Source: an uncultured cyanobacterium
GTDB taxonomy: Bacteria > Cyanobacteriota > Cyanobacteriia > PCC-9006 > JAAUQQ01
Reading direction: 5' to 3'
Assembly (NCBI GenBank): GCA_963718615.1
Contig: OY970368.1
Span: forward strand, 2,976,001-3,040,000
Length of the DNA stretch: 64,000 bases
Part shown: piece by piece, positions 8,139-17,743 of the stretch
Layout of the letters: each line of letters opens with the position of its first letter
Numbering within the stretch: the stretch's first letter is position 1
Notes under the pieces: model-generated
Seen by the model: only the letters and a program-made list of their open reading frames with translations
Told to the model about the DNA's origin: nothing
Databases searched by the model: none
Program-made: the position numbers and the translations under genes

Positions 8139-10478
8139 CTAACCGTTCATCACCTGGGTTGGAAACCGCTGTGCTAAGGCCGTGAGTGCGGGGCAGGCGG
8201 GTTTGCTGTCCAGGTTTTCGGGTTTGTTCCAGCTAAAGGGGGCCTGTTTGGCGGCGGCCAGCCAGAGTAATCGCTTGGCACGGGTCATGGCGACGTAGAG
8301 CAGACGAAATTCTTCCGCCTGTTTGAGCTGGCTGGCTTTTCTCCAAGCGCTGTCTAGATCGGGCAAGATTGCCTGGGGTTGCTCGCGATCGCCTCCTAAA
8401 ACCACCCCATTCTGTAAAACCCCATTCTGTAAGTGGGTGCGGATCTGGGCGCGGGCCACCTCTGCCAACGTAAAATCCCCCAGAAACTGACTCTGCGGGG
8501 GCACCCAACTTTGTCCCGGAATCGTTTGGGCCTGTAAAAAGGGCAAAAAGACATGGTCCCAATCCAGCCCTTTGGCTTTGTGCATCGTAATAATCGTGAC
8601 TTGGCCAGGGCGAGTATAGCGGGATTCAGAGTCTTCTAAATCAACCCCCTCAAACCGTTCGGCGCTGACAATTTCGCTCAGCGTCACCACAATCATGCCA
8701 AGGGACAAATCACCGCTGGCCCGACGGGCGACCTGTTCTAGGAGCTTGTCGGCGGTGGCCAGCTCCGGGGCGTCGTAATTGAGCGTCAGCGCTAAAAATG
8801 CAATGAGCTGGAGCGGTGGCAGCGCCAAGCGTGCCTGGAGTAAGCCTTTGCAGTAGCGGCGGGCCTCGCGTACGACATGGGCTTGGGGCGGCTCTAGGGC
8901 GCTGGGATAGAGAAATTGCTCCGGGGCGATCGCCAGGGCATTGAGATCCTGGCTGGGAATGAGCTGTCGCTTCATCAGCACAGTCAGCGCCCCCTTAAGC
9001 AAATCGGGAGAATGGGGTCGCTGGATAAATTGCAGCAGGATTAAAATTTCGCTGGGGATATGGGAGCGGCGATCGCGTTGCCCCACTTCGTAGATGGGAA
9101 TCCCATGGGTTTTCTCAAGGGCTTCGAGCCTCTGGGCCAAAAATCGTCCCTGTTTGTTTTCGCGAACTAAAATTGCCGCCTGGGTTTGGTCATCTTGGCT
9201 AAAGAGCTTAATCAGCCTCTGGCGAAGCATGGCAACGGTGTCCACGGTCGTTTCCGGAAACCAGAGCTCTAGCCCTCGACCCTGGGGGGCTGGATTGGCC
9301 TGGGGTTGGGGGTCACCCTTGGGAACGGGCTGAATATGCTGGGGTCGGAAGGGTTCGTTGGGATAGTTGCGGTTGACCCAGTCCAGGACAAAATTGGCAG
9401 CATCGAGAATAATCGGGCTGCTGCGACCGGCGCGGTCCATGGTGACGAGGCGGTTTTGGGTTTGGCAGCGATCGCAAAACTCCCGAAAGAAAATGGGGTC
9501 CGCCGGGGTAAAGGTGGAATTAATCGCTTGATTGGGGTCACCAACGCGCAGGAGATTGGGGGGGGCAGTGGGGCGGTCGGCATCACGACCAAGAATATCG
9601 AGCAGGCGCGACTGTAGCGGCGTTGAATCCTGGGCTTCGTCTTCAAATACGGCGAAGGTTTGGCGTTGCCAAAGGGCGCGAATTTCAGCATTGTCTAACA
9701 CCCGCAACGCCGCCAAAATCATGTCGTCGTAGTCGATCAGGCCCCGTTTTTGCAGAAGGGCCTGGTAGCGTTCGTAGAGACCAGCGGCGATCGCCAAGAC
9801 CGCATATTCGGTCGAGCCCATTGCCCCGGCGTCCGTCGAATCCGCTGCCGACCCTTCCGTTTCAGCCTGCAATGCCCACAGATCCTGGGGCCGTAGGCCT
9901 GAACTTTTAGCCTCATGAATCACCGTATTGGCGAGAGTTGGCAGCACTTCCGTCCGTAGGACCCCCTGTCGTCGTAGCCGTTCGGTGTCTTCACCATCGA
10001 AGCTGCGGCCTGAAATCAGGGTTTGATAGAGCGCCGGAAAATCCGCAATCCATTGGTCTACGCAGGCTCGCAGGAGACGGTGATTGCGAGCCGGGGTAAT
10101 GAGTGCCTGGTCTTCTAGGTTGAGCCCCGATTGTTCCGGGTGACGGCTGGCGATCGACAGGGCCAATCCGTGGAGTGTATGAACCGAAAACCCCGTCACC
10201 GGTAGCGAGAGAGTCCGTAATAAATCGCGAATTTTGAGTTTGAGGTTGGCCGCCGCCGAACGGGTAAAGGTGACTAAAACCAATTGTCGGCGTAGGGTCA
10301 AGCGATTGCGGGCGATGGCGATCGCCGCTGCCCCCGCCATCCCCGTCGATTTTCCGGCCCCCGGTACTGCCGAGACCGCCAGCTCTCCCCCTTGCCAATC
10401 AGCCATTTGCTGTTGACCCGTACGGAGGCGATCGCGAATGTCCTGGATCGCCCGTTCTAACTCCTCTGAGGCAGACAT
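8139..10478 (-). CDS. UvrD/REP-family ATP-dependent DNA helicase
   Basis: Motifs AVPGAGKS, VTFTRSAA, DEAQD, VGDPNQAI, TMHKAKGLDW and LLYVAMTRAK. Confidence 0.92.
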   Translation of the reverse strand: MSASEELERAIQDIRDRLRTGQQQMADWQGGELAVSAVPGAGKSTGMAGAAAIAIARNRLTLRRQLVLVTFTRSAAANLKLKIRDLLRTLSLPVTGFSVHTLHGLALSIASRHPEQSGLNLEDQALITPARNHRLLRACVDQWIADFPALYQTLISGRSFDGEDTERLRRQGVLRTEVLPTLANTVIHEAKSSGLRPQDLWALQAETEGSAADSTDAGAMGSTEYAVLAIAAGLYERYQALLQKRGLIDYDDMILAALRVLDNAEIRALWQRQTFAVFEDEAQDSTPLQSRLLDILGRDADRPTAPPNLLRVGDPNQAINSTFTPADPIFFREFCDRCQTQNRLVTMDRAGRSSPIILDAANFVLDWVNRNYPNEPFRPQHIQPVPKGDPQPQANPAPQGRGLELWFPETTVDTVAMLRQRLIKLFSQDDQTQAAILVRENKQGRFLAQRLEALEKTHGIPIYEVGQRDRRSHIPSEILILLQFIQRPHSPDLLKGALTVLMKRQLIPSQDLNALAIAPEQFLYPSALEPPQAHVVREARRYCKGLLQARLALPPLQLIAFLALTLNYDAPELATADKLLEQVARRASGDLSLGMIVVTLSEIVSAERFEGVDLEDSESRYTRPGQVTIITMHKAKGLDWDHVFLPFLQAQTIPGQSWVPPQSQFLGDFTLAEVARAQIRTHLQNGVLQNGVVLGGDREQPQAILPDLDSAWRKASQLKQAEEFRLLYVAMTRAKRLLWLAAAKQAPFSWNKPENLDSKPACPALTALAQRFPTQVMNG

Positions 10479-10530
10479 TTCTGGCTGAATCGCATTAGGT
10501 TTCTAGTTAAGTTTCTGGTTAAGCTTTTGG

Positions 10531-10791
10531 CTAGGTTTTTGGGTTTTTATCACCGCGAACGGGCAAGATAGAGCTCGCAGCCCTGAAGGGCTTGGGCAGT
10601 AGCTGACGCAGTCCTTGCTTGAGCGAACGGATGCGATCGCCAAACAAGCGGTCCAGCAAGGGCACGCGTTCCGCCGTGACCAACAGCATGGCCAAGGAGG
10701 CCAACACCACCTTCGGTACAACAAAGACGACTAAACCCACCGTTAATAGCCAATCTGTCCCCGTTCCTTCCAAACCTTCGAGAAATGACAC
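10531..10791 (-). CDS. small hypothetical membrane protein
   Basis: GTG-start ORF with a hydrophobic segment, co-oriented between tatA and the helicase. Confidence 0.4.
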   Translation of the reverse strand: MSFLEGLEGTGTDWLLTVGLVVFVVPKVVLASLAMLLVTAERVPLLDRLFGDRIRSLKQGLRQLLPKPFRAASSILPVRGDKNPKT

Positions 10792-10826
10792 AGGCGTAAA
10801 TTCCGTTGCGAAAAAAGTCCGTTGAC

Positions 10827-11027
10827 TTAGCGATCGATAATCTTGGGCTCAGGCTTTGATGAATCGAGCTGGGTTTGCACCTCAGCAGTCTCTGTTCCTT
10901 GAAGTTCTTCCTTGAACCCTCGGAGCGTTTTGCCAAAGGCGCTGCCCAGTTGTGGAATTTTCTTAGGACCAAAGACAATTAGAGCCACCCCTACTACGAG
11001 GGCAACTTCAACCCAACCGATATTCAT
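10827..11027 (-). CDS. tatA: twin-arginine translocase TatA/E subunit
   Basis: IGWVEVALVVGVALIVFGPKKIPQLGSAFGKTLRGFKEE; AGGAG RBS upstream. Confidence 0.92.
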   Translation of the reverse strand: MNIGWVEVALVVGVALIVFGPKKIPQLGSAFGKTLRGFKEELQGTETAEVQTQLDSSKPEPKIIDR

Positions 11028-11421
11028 TGAAAAACTCCTGCTTGCCCCAGTCGAGCTCCGGTAATTTTTCCGGCGACTACTGTTTAGATATATTAAAGCG
11101 CGATTCGGGTTTCTCAGAAACCTTGAGGGGGGTTTACTGAACTTTTACCCGCCCTTTCACCCGACCTGTGCTGACCTATTGGCCAATAAATCCTGAGAGC
11201 AGAATCAATACCCCCAGGAGGCCAGCCCCGATGAGCAGGACCTTTCCTGCGTTGGGACTGCCCTTCCATGAATAGTTTTTATCTGGCATCGCAACCTCTT
11301 GGCTTCAGACCATGGCGTGACGGTCCTTCAAATGTAACAATTCGTAGAGCAGTTGGGTTGGGCTTTAGTCGAGCAGCGGCAATCCGCTAAAGTGAACTCC
11401 AGCGCCCATTGCTTGTAGTCT

Positions 11422-12195
11422 ATGACCCACACACGGCAGCCCACGACACAGCCCACGACACAGCCCACGACGGCCTCCTCCCTGCGACAGCAACAGCATC
11501 CGCTCATTCGTCGACTGGCTGACCGAATTGAAACGATCTGGGCGCAGTACCTGACGCTGACCCCCTACGAAATGCCCGAGGACCTGGGCTATGTGGAAGG
11601 GCGACTTGAGGGCGAGAAGGTTGCCATCGAGAATCGCTGTTTTCAAACGCCTGAGTTTCGCAAGCTGCATTTGGAACTGGCCAAGGTTGGTCCAGGGCTG
11701 GATATTTTGCATTGCGTTATGTTTCCGCGATCGCGCTATCCCTTACCCATGTTTGGGGCCGACCTCGTGGGCAGTCGTGCCGGTATTAGTGCGGCGATTG
11801 TAGATCTCTCGCCGGTGAATGGGGAGCGCAAACTGGCGGAGAATTACGATCGCAAACTCGCGGCCCTTCCCCAAGACAAGTTTTCTCAACATCGGGATTT
11901 ACCCGGCTGGGGTGATATTTTCTCGCCCTACTGCGTTTTTGTGCGCCCTGCCGATGAGGACGAGGAGCTAGATTTTCTGGCACGGGTGGAGTCATTTTTG
12001 ACCATTCACTGTCAACATGCGATTCGCACCGAGCCCGTTCATACCCCTGAGGAAGAGGCAGAACTGCTCGCAGCCCAGCGGTACTACTGCCAAAAACAGC
12101 AGGAAAATGACAAGACCCGTCGGGTTCTAGAAAAAGCCTTTGGCGATGCCTGGGCAGAACGCTACATGACCCAAATGCTGTTTGATATGCCTTAG
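11422..12195 (+). CDS. pcyA: phycocyanobilin:ferredoxin oxidoreductase
   Basis: Motifs IENRCFQTPEFRKLHLELA, LDILHCVMFP, PMFGADLV and QQENDKTRRVLEKAFG. Confidence 0.96.
   Translation: MTHTRQPTTQPTTQPTTASSLRQQQHPLIRRLADRIETIWAQYLTLTPYEMPEDLGYVEGRLEGEKVAIENRCFQTPEFRKLHLELAKVGPGLDILHCVMFPRSRYPLPMFGADLVGSRAGISAAIVDLSPVNGERKLAENYDRKLAALPQDKFSQHRDLPGWGDIFSPYCVFVRPADEDEELDFLARVESFLTIHCQHAIRTEPVHTPEEEAELLAAQRYYCQKQQENDKTRRVLEKAFGDAWAERYMTQMLFDMP
11437..11472. repeat. 12-bp tandem repeat CAGCCCACGACA x3 (QPTT) at the PcyA N-terminus
   Basis: Read directly; in frame. Confidence 0.8.
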
Positions 12196-13166
12196 GCCGG
12201 TTGCGATTGCGGGTTTGATTGCGGGTTTGATTGCCGGTGTAATCGCGAGTGCAGTCGGCGGGGGGAAATCAGCAGACCCAGGAGCGTTTTAGCCAGGGTG
12301 ATCGCCATGAGTTTGGTGCGCTGGCGCAGTAGTTGGGGCCGGTAGCGAATGGCCAGGAGCCAAAACCGTAGGCTATCGAGGTACTGGCGGCGGGTGTGGC
12401 CTAGGCTGAGGGAACGAAAGGTGAGGTATTGGTAGAGGTGGCTGAGGCTGGCGTTGAGGTGAGGGGTGAGCTGTTCGGGCGATCGCGCCACCGCCCCCTG
12501 GATCACCTTAAGGGTGTTACACTCCTGCCGCACAAAATTGCTGGAAATGGATTGGGGCATCACGCGATAGAGAATCTGGGGCTTGGGCACGACGACGAAG
12601 ACGGACTGTAACGCTAGTCGCAGCCAGAGATCCCAATCATGGACTGAGGCTAGATCGGGGTCAAACAGACCGACGCGCTGGAGTGCAGTGGCCCGGACCA
12701 TCAAGTTCGAGCCGTTTTCAATAAAATTTTGTTGGAACAGCGCGGCATAAACATTGCCCTGGTGGCGCGTGTAGGCTCCGCCATAGAGCCGCTGACCCGA
12801 CGGATCGATATAGTCCGTCCAGCTATAGACCACATCCGCTTCAGGATGGGCTTGGAGGGCGGCGACTTGGTCCTGGAGTTTCTCGGCTGTCCACAGGTCA
12901 TCGGCGTCCAGAAAGGTAATCAATTCACCGGTGGCCTGTTCGATACCTCGATTGCGGGCGATCGCTGCGCCTCCATTGGTCGTAGTCAATAGCCGAATCC
13001 GCTGATCTTGGGTCTGCTGCACAATTGCGCCAGTTTCATCGCTAGAGCCATCATCCACAACAATGATTTCAAAATCAGAGAAGGTTTGCGCCAGAACGGA
13101 CTGGAGCGTTTCTCCCAGGGTTGCGGCGGCATTGTAAGCCGGAATAATTACTGAAACAGTTGCCAT
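12192..13166 (-). CDS. family 2 glycosyltransferase
   Basis: Motifs VSVIIPAYN, VVDDGSSD, FLDADD and HDWDLWLRLA. Confidence 0.92.
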   Translation of the reverse strand: MATVSVIIPAYNAAATLGETLQSVLAQTFSDFEIIVVDDGSSDETGAIVQQTQDQRIRLLTTTNGGAAIARNRGIEQATGELITFLDADDLWTAEKLQDQVAALQAHPEADVVYSWTDYIDPSGQRLYGGAYTRHQGNVYAALFQQNFIENGSNLMVRATALQRVGLFDPDLASVHDWDLWLRLALQSVFVVVPKPQILYRVMPQSISSNFVRQECNTLKVIQGAVARSPEQLTPHLNASLSHLYQYLTFRSLSLGHTRRQYLDSLRFWLLAIRYRPQLLRQRTKLMAITLAKTLLGLLISPRRLHSRLHRQSNPQSNPQSQPA

Positions 13167-13291
13167 AGCACTCTAGCAATCAAGCTAATCACAATTCTCT
13201 TTAGTAGTGCCCTAGGACTAGCGTGGTTACTTCAGTAAATTTTCGATCAGCAGGCATCTTAAAAATCATCGATGGAAGGGTTTCATCCCAT

Positions 13292-14173
13292 TTACCGGCT
13301 TGTTTTGGTTTCCGCCTCTAGGGCCTGTTGGGCTGCTTGCAATTCTTGCCGTTGGGTTTCGCTGAGCTCTGGATAGTGCAATTTCAAGTTTTTTAAGGTA
13401 TTGCCAATGATATCGGCAACAGCCCAGCGGGTAAACCATTTGTGGTCCGCTGGAATCACATACCAGGGCGCATGATCGGTACTGGTGTGGCTAAGCATAT
13501 CTTCGTAAGCCGCCATGTAGTCATTCCAAAAGGCTCGTTCTCGCACATCTGCTGCGGAAAATTTCCAGTTTTTTTCGGGGCGCTGAATGCGATCGAGAAA
13601 ACGTTGCTTTTGTTCTTCTTTAGAAACATATAGAAAAAACTTTATGACGATTGTACCGTTGTCATAGAGATATTTTTCAAAGTGATTAATTTCTTCAAAC
13701 CGTTGTTGCCAAATCTTGGGATTTTTCTTGATGGGCTCTGGTAGCTGTTGGTGTTGTAGAATCTCCGGATGAACCCGAACCACAAGGACTTCTTCATAGT
13801 AGGAGCGATTGAAAATGCCAATCCGACCTCGCTCCGGAAGAGCCTTCATATTTCGCCACAAATAGTCATGATCTCGCTCTTCCTCCGACGGAGCCTTGAA
13901 GCTAAAGACCTGACAGCCCTGGGGATTAACGCCTGACATGACATGTTTGATCGTGCTATCTTTACCGGCTGCATCCATCGCCTGAAAGATCAATAGGAGT
14001 GAATAGGTATTCTGGGCATAGAGGACGTCTTGATATTGGCTAAGGGCTTCCACGCCTGCGGTCAGCTTATCTTTAGCTTCCTGTTTGTTGTGCAGATTGC
14101 CGGTGTAGGCGGGGTTGTGATCCTTGAGCGAAACGGAGGTTCCGGGCTTAATGCGAAAATCGCTAGATTTCAT
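13292..14173 (-). CDS. ppk2: polyphosphate kinase 2 family protein
   Basis: Motifs [27 protein letters not shown] and [11 protein letters not shown]. Confidence 0.92.
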   Translation of the reverse strand: MKSSDFRIKPGTSVSLKDHNPAYTGNLHNKQEAKDKLTAGVEALSQYQDVLYAQNTYSLLLIFQAMDAAGKDSTIKHVMSGVNPQGCQVFSFKAPSEEERDHDYLWRNMKALPERGRIGIFNRSYYEEVLVVRVHPEILQHQQLPEPIKKNPKIWQQRFEEINHFEKYLYDNGTIVIKFFLYVSKEEQKQRFLDRIQRPEKNWKFSAADVRERAFWNDYMAAYEDMLSHTSTDHAPWYVIPADHKWFTRWAVADIIGNTLKNLKLHYPELSETQRQELQAAQQALEAETKTSR

Positions 14174-14721
14174 AAGTTTGGGGACTGATTGCTAGACAGA
14201 GGGTTTTGCTGTGTTCCTAAAATATACCGTGATGGAACCATCCTTTTTTTACAATCGTTTTTTTGCAATCGTTTTTTACAGGCGGTTGATACTGGACAAA
14301 TGCTGAGAACCGAATCTTTTCAGCCATTTTGCTCAGACATTTTGCTCAACGAATTAATGCGTCCTTCTGGGATGCGTTTTTTCTTCGACCGATTATCTTG
14401 ATTTCTCTATTTAAACAATTTAAATTGATCGACGCAAAACCTTGCTTTTAGACCCATTACTTACTCTTGCGGACAAAAAACTCGTCTAGCATTTACAAAT
14501 ATCGCCATCATTTTGCCGAGTTTTTACGGATGAATCCTGGGTTTTTGTTTATGGTTATGAGTATCAAGCAGGAAGCGTGAGATTGGCGATCGCTTACCCT
14601 ATCGCTTCTACCCTATTGAGTCCAGGGGATCGTACCCATCAATCCTTGCGAAGGACATTCCATTGAGTCAGGGGGCAATATCTGCCTTCGGCCCTTCGTG
14701 CTAGATCCTCAGGAGTTTTTC

Positions 14722-15609
14722 ATGATGAATAGGAATACGGCTCAAGCTATGTTCGGTAAAGGCTTGCCTCTCGTCGTTATGACGGCAATAGTGTCGCTAC
14801 CCGCCCAGGCGGCTACCCTGGCCGGTGCCAGTAGTCAGTCCGAATTATTTAACTTTATGCTCAATGGGGTGACCACGTTGCCCCTTTCAACGGATACCGC
14901 AACAGATACCCATACGCTGGTCATTGGTGGAGAATCGTCCGTTGTTAGCGTGAGCGATGCAACTGCAACCTTTCAAGTCGATCCTCCTGTCGCTCAGGCT
15001 CAGTCAATCGGAATTTCCCAAGGCGATGGACCAACCTCGTATTTCGGTTCCGCTGATGGCACAGCAGAAGCCTTGGGGCTCTTTTGGGTGGAGGGTCTGT
15101 TTTCCTTCGATTTCACGTCGGATCTGGAACTGTTGACGAGCCTTGACGATCCGCATTATGAATCCATCTGGGCTACGGGCAGCACGCTGTTTTCACTCTA
15201 TGGATCCGAAAGTCCCGATAGCCAACCTGTCTTGATTGATTTCTTTTCCCTCGATGGTGAGATTTCCTCGACCAGTTTCGGCGATGCCTTAGCAGTAGGC
15301 TATAGCTCTCATATTTCTCTAGCACCAGAGGATTGTAATGCCATCGAGCCCCTGGCTTGCCTGCAGCAAAACGATGGTGGCAATACAGAATCGGCCTTAG
15401 CCCATCTTACAGGCTCCTACGAACGCAATTTTGATACGCCCCTTTGGATTACCCTGGTCAAATCCCAGTTTGTTGCAGCCCAGGTTCAGAAGACGCCAGA
15501 AAGTACCAGCTCTCTTAGCTTTCTGCTACTGCTCGCCTTCGGTGGGTTTCGCTTCGGACACAAATCATCGGCTCGTCCTGCGGATCCTGACATTAGCGTT
15601 GATGAGTAA
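14722..15609 (+). CDS. exported acidic Ser/Thr-rich protein with PEP-CTERM-like sorting signal
   Basis: AGGAG RBS at 14711; signal peptide ending PAQA-A; C-terminal TPES, hydrophobic helix (LSFLLLLAFGG) and basic tail (FRFGHK..R). Confidence 0.7.
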   Translation: MMNRNTAQAMFGKGLPLVVMTAIVSLPAQAATLAGASSQSELFNFMLNGVTTLPLSTDTATDTHTLVIGGESSVVSVSDATATFQVDPPVAQAQSIGISQGDGPTSYFGSADGTAEALGLFWVEGLFSFDFTSDLELLTSLDDPHYESIWATGSTLFSLYGSESPDSQPVLIDFFSLDGEISSTSFGDALAVGYSSHISLAPEDCNAIEPLACLQQNDGGNTESALAHLTGSYERNFDTPLWITLVKSQFVAAQVQKTPESTSSLSFLLLLAFGGFRFGHKSSARPADPDISVDE

Positions 15610-15728
15610 TTTGATGAGTAAAAGGATGGCTTAATCAGCAGGTTCGTGGCCTGTGGAGGCGTTGGACAGGCAAGAGGCTAGGCCAATCGTCCCGTCCTAT
15701 GCCTCTAACTACGCCTCTACAGTAGCGC

Positions 15729-16076
15729 CTATCTACCGGTCCATAGCTCAACGGTTAACGTTGTGGCACTACCCACTAATCCGGTAAAGTTGCCAGCCCC
15801 GTAATAGCCCGCAGAAACGGTTATTCCCTGGGATTGGGCAAAGGCATCGCCTCGGGCTCGGGCGCTGCTCGTGGCATATTGCGCGCCTAGGACTGCTCTA
15901 GTACGAGTATCCGCCCCCGCAAAGCTCACCGTTCCTAGGGCCAAGGAGGATGCATCGGCAAGACCATAACCATAACCCACTGCCACATTGCCATCGGCGG
16001 TTGCTTGAGGTCCAGCTGCACCCTGAAGTTTGGCCGACGCCGCTGGATTGCAGAACTTCAAATCTTGAATCTTCAT
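15729..16076 (-). CDS. double-glycine-type leader small protein (precursor 5)
   Basis: GGAGA RBS then MKIQDLKFCNPAASAKLQGA (20-aa leader) and an Ala/Gly/Ser/Thr-rich core. The leader is shared with four neighbours. Confidence 0.75.
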   Translation of the reverse strand: MKIQDLKFCNPAASAKLQGAAGPQATADGNVAVGYGYGLADASSLALGTVSFAGADTRTRAVLGAQYATSSARARGDAFAQSQGITVSAGYYGAGNFTGLVGSATTLTVELWTGR

Positions 16077-16238
16077 AGGTCTCCAGTCGCTGAAATATCT
16101 TAGCGATCGCAAGGATTATTCGACAGATTTAAGGCTGGGTTCAGCGGTGGGTGATCTCTGGGAGAACTTTTAAGGCTTGCCCCAGAGATAACATAATGAT
16201 GCGTCGAAAGACTAACCGTTGACGCCGAACCCCAAGAT

Positions 16239-16541
16239 TTATTTCGCTAAATTAATCACAGCAACAGAAGCACTGGCGGAGTAAGAACCACCAAGGAATG
16301 TAGCTAGCGCAACTGAATCACCCCGAGTAAAGGAAAAAGTAGGTAGACTGGTATTGTTAATGGCTTCCGCGCTGCCAGTCGCGGCTGCACTATTACTGCC
16401 TGCTAGTGGAGTGTTGATCAAGGTGGTAAAACTGCTGCTGCTGCCAACAGACAAAAGGCGATAGCCTGCGGCTCCCTTCATCTTGGCACCGAGATGAGTC
16501 TGAGAAAGCCTGTCGATGTAGTCTAAATCGGCAATCTTCAT
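16239..16541 (-). CDS. double-glycine-type leader small protein (precursor 4)
   Basis: Leader MKIADLDYID...KMKGA, Ser/Thr/Ala-rich core, GGAGA RBS. Confidence 0.78.
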   Translation of the reverse strand: MKIADLDYIDRLSQTHLGAKMKGAAGYRLLSVGSSSSFTTLINTPLAGSNSAAATGSAEAINNTSLPTFSFTRGDSVALATFLGGSYSASASVAVINLAK

Positions 16542-16635
16542 AGGTATAATTCTCCAGCACTAATTTGATTTTTCTCTTTTGGCTATTAAATTAGCCATTC
16601 TCCAAAAATAATACTCGCTTTAAGAGTGTAAAGAC

Positions 16636-16648
16636 TGCCAAATTGGCA
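16636..16648 (-). promoter_or_regulatory. TGCCA-N3-TGGCA palindrome, copy 1
   Basis: TGCCAAATTGGCA; minus-strand -10 TATTAT (16613-16608) follows after a 22-nt spacer. Confidence 0.65.
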
Positions 16649-16699
16649 ATTTAAAATATTATCTTATCAAGATAGAGCGATCGACAAAAAAATCAGATT

Positions 16700-17530
16700 T
16701 TAACGATGGGCGATGCGGTGATTTTCATTTTTTGCTGCGCCCATAGATCGACTAGAAGATTGGCGGACTAGATTCGGATCTGCAATAATTTCATCTTTTT
16801 CATAATGGACATAGTGACTCAGTTCTCGTTGTAGCCACTCTTGGAAGAGCTGCTCTAGGATACCCTGGCGAACGTCATCTGTTAGTTCCGCCAGTAGAAA
16901 AGATTCTGGTAAAAGCAAATGATAGCCATGTTCCGTTTGAATCGGATAGATTAGTTCGTTAGGATTTGCGCCAAAAACGGCAGCGGCTAGGGCTGCCGGT
17001 AAGGCATTGCGCTGGACTAAACCTTCATAGCCGCAGCGAGACCGCCGTTCTTCATTGACATCATAAATATGAGCTGCCTCATAGAAGCTAATCTCTTCTT
17101 CTTCGACTTGATAAAATAGCTCCTGGGCGAGTTGCTCATAGGGGACGATAATTTGATAGAGCAGCACTTTATCAAAGGTAATTCGATTTTCATAAAAGAA
17201 TTTTTCGACATCTTTTTCAAACAGCGTTTCCTTGAGCTTTTGGATAAGAAGGCGATCGCGAATTCCCTCTTCCCAGTCATTAGGACTAATTCCTTCGCTC
17301 TCCAGCCAGTCAAACGTGTCCGATGCTTTTTCTAGCTTCATTTGACGACGAAGCTGGTCGACTTCGGCCTGAATCTCCTTCTCATCAATGGCCAATTCAT
17401 GACTAGAGGCTTTCTCTTCCACAATCCGTTTTGACAAAATGTGATGGCAAACGGATTTAAATTGGATATTTCGCTTTAGGAAACTCACAATTTGGTCTTG
17501 GCTCACCAACTTTTCTAACGGATTTGTCAT
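16700..17530 (-). CDS. PpiC/rotamase-type peptidylprolyl isomerase-like chaperone
   Basis: SurA-like N-terminal helices plus AQELFYQVEEEEISFYEAAHIY, GYEG and PIQTEHGYHLL. This type is often linked to cyanobacterial peptide-export clusters. Confidence 0.85.
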   Translation of the reverse strand: MTNPLEKLVSQDQIVSFLKRNIQFKSVCHHILSKRIVEEKASSHELAIDEKEIQAEVDQLRRQMKLEKASDTFDWLESEGISPNDWEEGIRDRLLIQKLKETLFEKDVEKFFYENRITFDKVLLYQIIVPYEQLAQELFYQVEEEEISFYEAAHIYDVNEERRSRCGYEGLVQRNALPAALAAAVFGANPNELIYPIQTEHGYHLLLPESFLLAELTDDVRQGILEQLFQEWLQRELSHYVHYEKDEIIADPNLVRQSSSRSMGAAKNENHRIAHR

Positions 17531-17615
17531 AGGTAGGAAGGCTGCGTTTTAGGACGAGTCAAACGTATTCAACAAAATATTAAACTTAGGATATCTCTAA
17601 GTTCGACCTGCGTGT

Positions 17616-17660
17616 GGCCATTTTGGCAACTGCCCTGCCTAGATTTCTGCCAGAATGGCA
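17616..17660. promoter_or_regulatory. TGCCA-N3-TGGCA palindrome, copies 2 and 3, in a divergent promoter
   Basis: GGCCATTTTGGCA (17616-17628) has minus-strand -10 TATCCT at 17593-17588 after 22 nt; TGCCAGAATGGCA lies at 17648-17660. Confidence 0.65.
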
Positions 17661-17743
17661 ACCGGGCTCGGTGCATTTCTGCTTTGATGGAGCCGATGAT
17701 TCTTGCTAAAGCAGGATTACCCTCAATATCTCGGGGTTTGGTC

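Noticed and set aside
17612-17743. N-terminal extension of the GT41 ORF
   Set aside because: It overlaps two operator-like palindromes, so a later ATG is more plausible.
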